In this document: positions 46,623-57,000 of the stretch, piece by piece
How positions within the stretch are numbered: the first letter of the stretch is position 1
Layout: each line of letters begins with the position of its first letter
Origin: an uncultured bacterium
Lineage (GTDB): Bacteria; Acidobacteriota; Thermoanaerobaculia; Multivoradales; JAHZIX01
Length of the DNA stretch: 64,000 bases
Assembly: GCA_965368975.1 (NCBI GenBank)
Contig: CBDUPA010000005.1
Span: forward strand, 1-64,000
Direction of reading: 5' to 3'
Position numbers and translations under genes: made by a program
The notes under the pieces: model-generated
Told to the model about the DNA's origin: nothing
Seen by the model: only the letters and a program-made list of their open reading frames with translations
Databases searched by the model: none

Positions 46623-48593
46623 TCAGCTCACACTGCTGTGCAGTGCCGCCAACTGGTGCCGGCACTGCTGGGCTTCCTGGGGGCGACCGCAACCTTCGTA
46701 GCATTGGGCCAGTTGGTCGAGGAGCCAGTGCAGGGTCCGTGGGTCGGAGATTGGCGGCCGGGTGTCATCGAGAGAATCGAGTGCTTGCAACAGTTCCAGG
46801 CACAGGGCTGGACTGTGCAACTGCTGGCGCAGGGCCGGTTGGAGGCGCTCTCGCAGCATCAGCAGGGCGTCGTCCAGGTGTCCGGCCCACAGTGTGTGGA
46901 AGTAGTGCTCGAGCGGCGACACGAGGTCGGTGAGGGTATGGACCTGCGCGGGTTCGGGAGGTGGCTCGAAGCGTTGGCGTAGGAGATCGTGCATTTCGGC
47001 TCTTTGGTGGGGAGGTACACGGTTGTAGACGTACGTGCGGACGGTTGGGTGAAGATGGAGCAATTTCTTCACTTGGTCAGCGTGAGCGAGGCCGCGGGCG
47101 AGCAGTTCTTGGACTGCGCCCTCGATGGCGGTTGGATGCTGTTCCTCGTTGAGTCGGTAGATCGATTCGAGATCGATGGCGCTGCGGAAACAGGCCAGCA
47201 TACCCAGCAGGTTGCGTGCGCTGGACGGCAGTGTGTCGTAGGCGCGTTCTAGGATGGTGTGGCGCAGCACGGCAGTGTCGCCCAGGTAGGTCAACCGGCG
47301 TGCCGCCGCGATGTCGCCCGGATGGCCGAGATCTTTGAGGATCAGGCCGGAGAGCAGGCGTAGGCTCAGCGGGTGCTCGCCCAGACTCTCGCAGGCGTTT
47401 TCGATGTCGCTGCGCGGGCCGCGCACGCCGCGTGTGAGCAGAAATCCGGCCGCATCCTTGCGCGACAGGCCGCCCAGTGGGTAATCCATGCAGCTCAGTG
47501 TTGCCTCGCCGGGGTAGTCCTCGTCTTCGAGGAAGCGCGGCAGCAGGCGTGATGTCGCCAGCACGCGGCTGCGCAGGTCTTGCCGCCCGATCAGCGCGGC
47601 CAGGAATCGCTCGACCAGGGGGTCGGCGCATTCGCGCAGCTCGGGATCCAGGCCGTCGCTGGCAGCTTCAGCATCGGTGCTGACGCTGTCGGTCGGGTGG
47701 GCCAGGAAGGCGGCGTCGAGCCGCGCTTGTCCCCGGAGCAGGCGTTCGAGGCCGTCGAGCACCAGAAGGCGTCCGGGACGCGTCAGCTCTTCGAGCAGCA
47801 GGTCGAGAAGCTGTTCGCTGTCGAGGGCCTCTCCGTCGGTGCCGCTGAGGTAGGCGAGCGCGTGCGCCAGGAAATCGGCGAAGCCTGTGTGTGTCTCGGA
47901 GAAGCTCCACCACACCACCTGAGGCCACGAGACGGGCCGCACGTCGTGCATCAACCAGTGCCAGGCCAGGGCGCTTTTGCCGAAGCCATCGGGGGCGCGC
48001 AGCAGCATCAGGTGCTCTTTGCCGCTGTTGAGCCAGACGCTGAGAAACTGGCGTTCCGCCACTCGGCCAGTGAAGTCGGGAGCGGTGTCGTACGGGTGAA
48101 CGAGGCGCCAGTCGGCGCGGATCGGTAGGAGTTTTTGTTCGGTGCCACCGCCGAGTGTACGCAACAGCTGGTACCAGCCGAGACGCAGGTCAGCAGAGGT
48201 GCGCAGATCGACGCAGGTCAGGTAGCGCAGGCGTAGCGGTAGCTGGCAGTCCTGGCGCAGCACGGGCACCAGCCGCTGCTCACGGCCGGCGATGTCCAGG
48301 TGCAACCGCATCTGGTGTTCCAGGTCACCCCAGGTGGAACTCTGCAGGTAGTCTGGAGTGAGGACGAGCAGGGTCTTCCGGCTCTGCGTCACACCCAGTG
48401 TTGCCAGGTCGTCGTCCGGATCGTCTTCCGCCATCGCCGCGGCCAGACTCTGGTCCTGCAGCAGCACTCGAAGCCGGGCCGCTTGGAGTTGCATCAGAAG
48501 CTCGTTCTGTACCCATTCGCGGTCACCCGGCCCGTAGCTGACGAAGACGTCATAGTCGAAACTGGCGTCCTGGTTGATCCCGTCCTTCATCAC
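46623..48593 (-). CDS. TIR - STAND-type P-loop NTPase protein with short C-terminus (paralogue of the adjacent gene)
   Basis: YDVFVSY, VLTPDYL...W..LE, LVPVL; FTGRVAER, APDGFGKS, LLVLDGLER, VLATSR, HPLSLRLL. Confidence 0.85.
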   Translation of the reverse strand: MMKDGINQDASFDYDVFVSYGPGDREWVQNELLMQLQAARLRVLLQDQSLAAAMAEDDPDDDLATLGVTQSRKTLLVLTPDYLQSSTWGDLEHQMRLHLDIAGREQRLVPVLRQDCQLPLRLRYLTCVDLRTSADLRLGWYQLLRTLGGGTEQKLLPIRADWRLVHPYDTAPDFTGRVAERQFLSVWLNSGKEHLMLLRAPDGFGKSALAWHWLMHDVRPVSWPQVVWWSFSETHTGFADFLAHALAYLSGTDGEALDSEQLLDLLLEELTRPGRLLVLDGLERLLRGQARLDAAFLAHPTDSVSTDAEAASDGLDPELRECADPLVERFLAALIGRQDLRSRVLATSRLLPRFLEDEDYPGEATLSCMDYPLGGLSRKDAAGFLLTRGVRGPRSDIENACESLGEHPLSLRLLSGLILKDLGHPGDIAAARRLTYLGDTAVLRHTILERAYDTLPSSARNLLGMLACFRSAIDLESIYRLNEEQHPTAIEGAVQELLARGLAHADQVKKLLHLHPTVRTYVYNRVPPHQRAEMHDLLRQRFEPPPEPAQVHTLTDLVSPLEHYFHTLWAGHLDDALLMLRERLQPALRQQLHSPALCLELLQALDSLDDTRPPISDPRTLHWLLDQLAQCYEGCGRPQEAQQCRHQLAALHSSVS

Positions 48594-48746
48594 ACCGTCG
48601 CTCGCTGTTCAGGACCCTATAGCAGTGTATGGACTCAGTGTAATCGAATCGGAGCGGCCTTGGATACTCGCACGGACCAAAGCGCCCGGTTCGAAGCTGC
48701 CGGTCCGCCGGTGGCCGTTCAGAGGAGCCAATCTAGAGCAGCCACT

Positions 48747-49751
48747 TCAGAGCAGGGTGTCGGCCGACGGCAGTTCGAGGTCGGATACTTCACCCGTGTC
48801 GAGATCGAGACGATGAAGGCCGCGCTGGCTCGCGGCGTAGAGGCACCGCTGTGTCGCGCTGACGGCAAGGCCTCGCACTCCAGGGAGCGAGGCCAGGCGC
48901 CGAAGGGTTCCGTGCTCGGGATCGAGACAGTGGATTGTCGAACTGCCCGCATCGGCGACGCAGACTTGGTCGTCGAGGCAAGCAAGGGCGATGGGCTGGC
49001 GGATGGGGCCACCGGGAAAGACCAGCGCTTCGACCCGGGGTGTTTGCTCGAAGTCGAGCACCAGCACGGTGGCCGCGGTCTCGTCCGCCACGTAGACGCG
49101 CGAACCGTTTCCCGCCAGCGCCACCGGTCGGCGGAAAGCAGCGCGGTCGAGCGGGCCATCCAGGGATTCGTCTCGGCCGCTGCCGGCCAAGGGAGTCACG
49201 CGGTCGCTCACGAGGTGCCACACCTGGTGGCTGCCGGCTGGAGTGAAGAGCAAGATGCCGTCGAGCATCAGGACATCGGTCGGGTCGCACAGTGCTGTTT
49301 CGTGGGCGTTGCCAGCGCGCATCTTGACGCCTTCCTCGCCGGTTCCCGCGATCGTCTCGACGCAGCCGCCGATCAGGTCGATCGAGCGCAGCGTGTGCGA
49401 GCCGGCGTCGGCCACGAACAGGTGGTCCCCGCTCTGGGTCAAGCCGCTCGGGGTGTGCAGCCGCGCCTGGTGGCAGCTACCGTCGGTGCAGCCGGGCTCG
49501 CCGCACCCGAAGCGTCGGCGCACACGCCCGCGCCGGCCGTCGTCGGCCAGATCGATCTCCACCACCTGGTGCCGTTCGGGTACGGCGGCGAACAGGCGTT
49601 GGCCCGCGGAGTGGCTGTCGAGGGTCAGAGCAAGGGGCACAGCAGGAAAGGGAAGGTCCATATCGGCGTCATTGTACCGCTTGTCACGCCGAGAGTCCGG
49701 CGCCATTGTGCCGGCTCCGGCCGCCCTGGTAGGCTCGGCCACCGCATCCAC
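48747..49751 (-). CDS. NHL-repeat beta-propeller protein (start uncertain)
   Basis: PSGL, LFVADAGSH, TIAGTG, AGSHQVW, LAGSG, YVADET repeats. Confidence 0.78.
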   Translation of the reverse strand: MDAVAEPTRAAGAGTMAPDSRRDKRYNDADMDLPFPAVPLALTLDSHSAGQRLFAAVPERHQVVEIDLADDGRRGRVRRRFGCGEPGCTDGSCHQARLHTPSGLTQSGDHLFVADAGSHTLRSIDLIGGCVETIAGTGEEGVKMRAGNAHETALCDPTDVLMLDGILLFTPAGSHQVWHLVSDRVTPLAGSGRDESLDGPLDRAAFRRPVALAGNGSRVYVADETAATVLVLDFEQTPRVEALVFPGGPIRQPIALACLDDQVCVADAGSSTIHCLDPEHGTLRRLASLPGVRGLAVSATQRCLYAASQRGLHRLDLDTGEVSDLELPSADTLL

Positions 49752-49798
49752 TCTCGATCCTGACTTCAGGAGCGATCTCGACTCTAGGAGAATGCCGC

Positions 49799-50998
49799 AT
49801 GTTCGAGTCCGTGACGCCGGTAGCCCCGGATCCCATTTTCGGACTGACCGAGGCCTTTCGTGCCGATGGCAGCCCGCGCAAGGTCAATCTCGGTGTTGGC
49901 GTCTATCAGGACGAGACCGGGCAAACGCCGATCCTGGCGGCGGTGAAGGCCGCCGAGGCACGCTTGCTCGAAAGCGAGACCGGCAAGGTCTACCTGCCGA
50001 TGGAGGGGCCAGCGGATTACATCGAGGCCGTGCAGCACCTGTTGCTCGGCAGGGACCATCCGCGTCTCGGTGAGCAGCAGGTGGTCACGGTGCAGGCACC
50101 GGGAGGTACCGGAGCGCTGCGCGTGGCCGGCGATTTCGTCAAGGCGCTGCACCCTGAAGCGACGGTGTGGATCGGCCGCCCGACCTGGGCCAACCACGAC
50201 ACAGTCTTCGAGGCGGTTGGCTTGCAGCGGGCCGATTACCCCTATTTCGACATCGAAGCCAATCACCTCGACTTCGACGGCATGCTGAAGGCCTTGGAGC
50301 AGGCTCGCCCCGGTGATGTCGTCTTGCTCCACGCCTGCTGCCACAATCCGTCCGGTGTCGATCTCGATGCTGAGCAGTGGCAGCGTGTCGCCGAGTTTCT
50401 GCTCGAACGTCAACTGCTACCGTTGCTCGATTTCGCCTACCAGGGCTTCCTGCGCGGCACGCGTGAGGATGCCGAGAGTCTACGCATCCTGGCCTCGGTA
50501 GTGCCGGAGCTGATGGTGTGCAACAGCTTCTCCAAGAACTTCGGCCTGTACAACGAGCGCGTCGGTGGCCTGACCGTGATCACCCCCTCGGCTGACAGCG
50601 CCAAGGCGGTACGCAGCCGCGTCAAGCGGGTGATCCGGGCCAACTACTCGAATCCAGCGTCGCATGGTGCGCGCGTCGTCAGCATGATCTTGCACGATCA
50701 CGATCTGGAAACGCAGTGGCGCGAGGAACTGTGCCGCATGCGCCAGCGCATCCACGACACCCGCGCCGAGTTCGCCGCCGCTCTCGACCAGCGCGGCGTC
50801 CAGCTGTCGGCCCAGGGCAACGACTTCGTCATGCAGCAGCATGGCATGTTCTCGTTCTGCCGCCTGAGTCGCAAGCAGGTACTGCGGCTACGCGAGGACT
50901 ACGCGATCTACATGGTCGACTCCGGCCGCATCAACGTTGCCGGCATCAACCGGAGCAATCTCGACTACCTGTGTGACGCTATCGCGACGCAGTTCTGA
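49799..50998 (+). CDS. aspC: Aspartate/aromatic amino-acid aminotransferase (AspC/TyrB)
   Basis: DPIFGL, NLGVGVY, GGTGAL, HACCHNPSG, DFAYQGF, SFSKNFGLYNERVG, GRINVAG. Confidence 0.9.
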   Translation: MFESVTPVAPDPIFGLTEAFRADGSPRKVNLGVGVYQDETGQTPILAAVKAAEARLLESETGKVYLPMEGPADYIEAVQHLLLGRDHPRLGEQQVVTVQAPGGTGALRVAGDFVKALHPEATVWIGRPTWANHDTVFEAVGLQRADYPYFDIEANHLDFDGMLKALEQARPGDVVLLHACCHNPSGVDLDAEQWQRVAEFLLERQLLPLLDFAYQGFLRGTREDAESLRILASVVPELMVCNSFSKNFGLYNERVGGLTVITPSADSAKAVRSRVKRVIRANYSNPASHGARVVSMILHDHDLETQWREELCRMRQRIHDTRAEFAAALDQRGVQLSAQGNDFVMQQHGMFSFCRLSRKQVLRLREDYAIYMVDSGRINVAGINRSNLDYLCDAIATQF

Positions 50999-51017
50999 AC
51001 CAGGGTGTTGGCGGAGT

Positions 51018-54000
51018 TCAGTCCTCTTCTCCCAGCGCCTCTTCCTCCAGCATTGCCGCCACCTCGTCGCTCGACATCTGGGTGACCTGCAGGTAGACGT
51101 CGGCGATTTCGCTCATGTCGAGCCCTTGCTCTTCGCCCGTGGTCTGTAGCCAGGCGCCGAGGGTCGCGGGGGTCGGGGCTTCGAAGACCTGGCGTAGGGG
51201 TACCTCGACGACGAAGGCCTCTTGCAGGCGGTTGATCAGGCGGGTGGCGAGCAGGGAGTGGCCGCCGAGGTCGAAGAAATCGTCGTGGATCCCGACGCGA
51301 TCGAGGCCGAGGATGTCCTGGTAGAGCAGGACCAGCGCTTCTTCGACGACGTGGGTCGGCGGTGCGTATTCGGCGGCCAGTTCGGGGCGTTGTGCGTCCG
51401 GCAGCGGTAGCGCACGTCGATCGACCTTGCCGTTGGGGGAGAGCGGCAGCGTGTCCAGGGTCAGGAAGTGGCTCGGCACCATGTAGTCGGGGAGCTGTTC
51501 CTTGAGCGGTGCACGCAGGCTCTCGGCCTGGGGGCCGGATTCCCCCGTGACGTAGGCCACCAGGCGATGGTCGCCAGGCCGCACTTCCCGCACTGCGACT
51601 ACCGCTGCCTCGACGCCAGGCTGCGCCTTCAGCACTGCCTCGATCTCACCCAACTCGACGCGCAGGCCGTGGATCTTGACCTGGAAGTCCATGCGTCCCA
51701 GTAGCTCGATGCAGCCGTTGGCGAAAGTGCGGGCCAGGTCGCCCGTCCGGTAGAGGCGTGTGCCGCTCGTTACCCGTTCGGTGGCGAACGGATCCGGCAG
51801 GAAGCGCTCGGCGGTGAAGCGAGGGCGACCGGCGTAGCCACGCGCCAGGCCGATACCGCCGAGCAACAGTTCACCGGCGCCGCCCAGCGGTACTGGCCGC
51901 ATGCATCGATCGACCAGGTGAGCGCTCTGGTTGCGCATCGGCCAGCCGTAGGGGATCGAGCGCCAGCTTTCCTGCAGCGCACCAACTGGGTAGACGATCG
52001 AGTGGATCGACGACTCGGTGGCACCGCCCAGGACGATGAAGCGGAAGGCGGGGTTGCCGACGGCGGCACGCGTGCGCTCGACCAGCGGGATCGGTACCCA
52101 GTCGCCACCCAAGATGGCCACGCGCAGGGACGACAGGTCGACCGTCCCTTCCTCGGCGTGCTGTTCAGAGTAGTCGATCAGCAGGCCGAGCAGCGATGGC
52201 GCTGTATTCCAGACGGTGATCCGGTGCTGTGCTACCAGGTCGGCCCAGTGGCCGGGGTCGCGATCGAGATCCGGGTCGGGGAAGACGATGGTGCCGCCGG
52301 CCACCAGCGTGCCGAGTGTCTCGTAGACGGACATGTCAAAGCTCAGCGACGACAGCTGCAGGATTCTCGAGTCCGTGCCGACGCCGAAGCTGGTGTTGAG
52401 GTCCACCAGGTTGTTGAGCACGCCGCGATGCCGGATCGCCACGGCCTTGGGGGTACCCGTGGAGCCCGAGGTGTAGATCAGGTAGGCGAGGTTCTCAGGG
52501 TCGCAAGGAGCGAAGGATTGCCCGTCGTCCTCGGCATCCTCACCATCCCAGCTCAGCTCGTCGATCTCGAGGATCTCGGCCCGTACCTCCGGCAGCGACG
52601 AGCGCAGCACCGCGTGGGTGACGATCACCTCGACGCCAGCGTCCTCGAGCAGGAAGCGCACGCGCTCTTCCGGGTAGCTGACGTCCAGTGGCACATAGCA
52701 GGCACCCGCTTCGAGCACGCCGAGAATGGCGGTCGGGACGTCGGCTCCGCGCTGCAGGGCCAGGCCGACGCGGCTCTCGGGGCCGACTCCGAGGTCACGC
52801 AGCTGGCGTGCCAGCCGCCGGGCACGATCGTGCAGTTGCCGGTAGCTGTAGCTCTGCTCCCCGGCGAGGATCGCTGTTGCCTCGGGTCGCGTGGCGACGT
52901 GCTCGGTGATGACCTCGTGCAGGCAGCGATCGTGCGGGAAGGCGCTGCGCGTGTCGTTGACCTCGTGCAAGAGCAACTGGCGCTCAGCGCCACTGAGCAG
53001 GTCGAAGTCCTGGACGCGGCGCGCCGGGTCTTCCACCAGCTGTTCGAGCACCGTCTGGAAGTGGCGCAGCATACGGCGGATGGTCGAGGCGTCGAAGAGG
53101 TCAGAGGCGTACTCCAGGCGGCCGGCCAGCTTACCCTCGCCCGACGCCAGGTCGCCGACTTCCATCAGGTACCAGGTCAGGTCCAGTTGCGCCGAGGCAC
53201 GCTTCGTCTGCTGCGGTTCGAGGGTCAAGTCCGAGGCGACGCCGATCTCCGAGCGCGGTACGTTGAGCAGCACCAGCATCACCTGGGTCAGCGGGTTGTG
53301 GCTCAGGTCGCGCTCGGGGGCCGCCATCTCGACCAAGAGCTCGAAGGGCACATCCTGCCTCGCGAAGGCGTCGAGCGTCGTGGTGCGCACGCGGGTCAGC
53401 AGGTCGGCGAAGCTGGGGTTGTCGTCGAGCCGAGTGCGCAGCAACAGGATGTTGATGAAGCAGCCGATCAGGTTCTCGATCTCCTGTCGTGGCCGCGTGC
53501 CGGTGCCGGAACTGATCACCAAGTCGCGTTGATGGCCGAGCCGCGACAGCGTCACCGCGAGCGCGCTGAGCAGCGTCATGAACAGCGTGACGCCGTGCTG
53601 GCGACCCGCCAGCAGCAGTGCTTGCGACAGCTTCGCCGGCAGCTCGAAGTGGACGTCGGCGCCGCGGAAGCTCTGCATCGCCGGCCGTGGACGGTCGAGC
53701 GGCAGGTCGAGGACCGGCGGGGCGCCGTCGAGCTGGTCGTGCCAGAAGTCCAGCAGTGGTTGGAGCTCGCCGCTGCGCTCAAGCTCGCGCTGCCAGTAGG
53801 CGTAGTCGGCATACTGCACCGGTAGCTCGGCGAGCCTTGGCTCGCGACCCGCCTCCTGTGCTTGGTAGAAGCCAGCCAGCTCACCCACCAGCAATCCGAG
53901 GGACCATTCGTCCGAGATGATGTGGTGCAGTACCGCTGCCAGCATGTGGTTGCGCGTGTCGAGACGCAGCAGCAGGGTGTGGATCGATGCCTCGCGGTCG

Positions 54001-57000
54001 AGATAGAAAGGTCGCTGGGCGCAGGCATCCATCAGCTCTGCGGCGACCGTCTCGCGCTGGTCCGCTGGCAGTGCTTGCAAGTCCACGACCGGTAGCGACT
54101 GGAACTGGTGCGCGTGGATGCGCTGCAGCGGTGCTTCGGCGCCCTTACCGAGTTCGAAGGTGGTGCGCAGCGTCTCGTGCCGGGCGACGATGGCGTCGAG
54201 TCCGGCCTCCAGCCGCCGTGCGTCGAGATTGCCCTTCAGGCGCACCACCGTCGGGTTGTTGTAGGCGGCGATGCCGGGGGCCAGCTGGTCGATGAACCAC
54301 AGGCGCTGCTGCGCGAAAGACAGCGGCGCCGTCTCGGGATCTGGGCGCCTCGGGATCGCTGGCAGTTCCGGGCCGGTCTCGGTCGCGGTGAGCCCCTTTC
54401 CGGAAGGCAACTCGGACGGGACGAGTTCCGCCAGGCGGGCCACCGTCGGTCGCTCGAACAGCTGCGCTAGCTCGACCTCGACGCCGAAACCACGCTGCAG
54501 GCGGGCGATCAGCTGCGTGGCGAGCAGCGAGTGGCCGCCGAGGTCGAAGAAGTTGTCGTCGACGCCCACCGGCTCGACGCCCAGCAGCTCTTGCCACAGC
54601 TGCGCCAGCGCCAGCTCGCTGGCCGAAGTCGCGGCGCGGTAGGGCGTTGGTAGCTTGGGACGGGTGTGGACGGTGGTGCTGACACCGCGACCGGCGGGGC
54701 TGTCTGTGCCGTCAGCGCTGGGCAGCGTGGCACCGCCCGCCGCGCCGCCCGCGAGCTGCGGCGTTCCCTCGATCCAGTGCCGCTGGCCCTCGAACGGATA
54801 CGTCGGCAGGGCGACGCGTCGCGGCCGGGCTGGAGGGTCGACGGCGGAGTAGGTCGTGTGCACTGCGGCCCAATCCACCGGTACGCCGGCCAGCCACAGG
54901 CGTCCGAGAGCGGTCATCAATGCGAGCCGGTCATCCTGATGACCTCCCAGGCCGTGCGCACCCGGCAGGCTGCCGAACGCCAGGCGCCCTTCCGGCTGCG
55001 CGCGCTCCGTCTCCGCATCGGCGGTGGCTTCGTGAGGCAGCTGCAACGCCAGTGACGCCAGGTTGGCTCCCGGACCGACCTCGAGCAGCAGCCGCGATGT
55101 TTCGCGCCACAGCTCGTGCACGCCGTCGGCGAAGCGCACCGGCGCCAGCAAGTGCTCGACCCAGTAGTCGGGGTCGCTGGCCTGCTCGTCGGTGATCCAG
55201 GTACCGCTGACGTTCGAGATGTAGGGGATCTGCGGGGTGCCGAAGTCGAAGCCGCGGACCAGGTCGCGCAGCTGGTCCGCGATTGGCTGCAGCAGGTGGG
55301 AGTGGAAGGCGTGGCGATTCGGCAGGCGCCGGCAGCTGACGTCCGGCAGGTCGCGCGTGAGCCGCGCCTCGGCCGCTTCGATCGCCTCCGGCGTGCCGCT
55401 GACCACGGTCAAGGCCGGGCCGTTGACCGCCGAGATCGACAGCCTGCGGTCCGGCGCCGGGCTTTCTTCTGGGCTGGCCAGCTCGTCGGCAAGATGCTGC
55501 CGGACGGATGCCTCGTCCAAGCTCAAGGCCAACATCGCGCCCTCGCCGAGCGTCGCGATCAGACGCGCGCGGCGAGCGACCAGCTGCAGCGCGTCTGTGT
55601 TCGAGAGGACACCGGCCAGCGTCGCGGCTACGTACTCGCCCAGGCTGTAGCCGAGCAGTGCCGAGGGCGTCACGCCCCAGGCCTGCCACAAACGCGCCAG
55701 CGCTAGCTCGACGACGAACAGCGCCGGCTGTGCCAGCCGCGTGTCGGTGAGCGTGCCGAGGTCGGGTCCGGCGCCGCGCAGCATGGCACGCAGGTTCGGA
55801 CCTGCATCGTCGTTGGTCTGGGGGAGTTCGTCGATACGGCCTGGGAAGAGGTGCGGTCGCAGGTCTTCGCCGAGCTCCGGCGTCAGCAGCTCGCAGTAGC
55901 GATCGACCTCGGCGCGGAACAACGGCTCCTTCTCGTACAAGCGGCGCGCCAGGTTCGGATAGTGGTCGCCCAGCCCCGACAACAGGAACGCGACGGGGCG
56001 ATCGGTGCGTGGGTCTTCGTCTTGCAGCACGCGTCCCGCCGCTCGCTCAGCCAGCAGCTCGGCACCCTCCTGCAGCGAACTCGCTACCACCGCGCGGCGA
56101 TGACGGAGCAGCCGGCGCCCAGTTTGCAGCGTGAAGGCGGCGTCGGCGAGCAAGGATGCGCTCGCAGAGCCTTCCTGGCCCTGCCCCTGGTCGCGCAGCC
56201 AGGCCGCCAGGTTGTCCGTCGCCGTGTCCAAGGCAGTATCGGTGGCGGCGCTGAGCACCAGTACCTGGTGCGGTCGCTGCGTGCGTTCGATCTCGTCGAA
56301 GTCGCCTTCCGGTGCCTGCTCCAGGATCGCGTGTGCGTTGGTGCCTCCCATGCCGAAAGAGCTGACACCGGCGATACGCGGTCCGTCACTCCACGGGCGT
56401 AGCTCGCTGTTGACGAAGAACGGGCTTCCATCGAAACCACAGCGCGGGTTGGGGGTACGAAAGCCGAGGCTGGGCGGGATCTGTCCGTGCTCGACGGTCA
56501 AAGCCGTCTTGATCAGGCCGGTGATGCCGGCGGCGGCGTCGAGGTGGCCGATATTGGTCTTCACCGATCCCAAGGCGCAGAAGCCCTCCGCCTCTGTGTG
56601 AGCCCGGAACGCATGGTTGAGCGCCGCCATCTCGATCGAGTCGCCGAGCGGCGTCGCGGTGCCGTGCGTCTCGATGTAACCGATGTCTTCCGCCTCGACC
56701 TGCGCCAGCGCCAACGCCTCGGTGATCACCGCCGCCTGTCCCTCGACGCTCGGTGCCGAGAAACCCACCTTGAGGGCGCCATCGTTGTTCACGGCTGTTG
56801 CCCGGATCACCGCACGGATCGGGTCGCCATCTTCGAGCGCGTCTTCGAGTCGCTTGAGCACCACCGCGCCCATGCCGTTGCCCACCACCGTGCCGCCGGC
56901 CTCGGCATCGAAGGCGCGGCAGTGGCCGTCCGGCGAGAACAAGCCACCCGGCTGGTGGGCGTAGCCCATGCGATGCGGTACGCGCACGGACGCACCGCCC

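Noticed and set aside
48300-49763. 487-aa ORF on the + strand
   Set aside because: Overlaps the TIR and NHL genes on the opposite strand; no recognisable motifs.
49799-50998. Aminotransferase as a tailoring enzyme of the PKS-NRPS
   Set aside because: Typical housekeeping AspC/TyrB sequence, convergently transcribed; no evidence of linkage.
51918-53825. 635-aa ORF on the + strand
   Set aside because: Antisense to the NRPS C and A domains; no independent coding signal.
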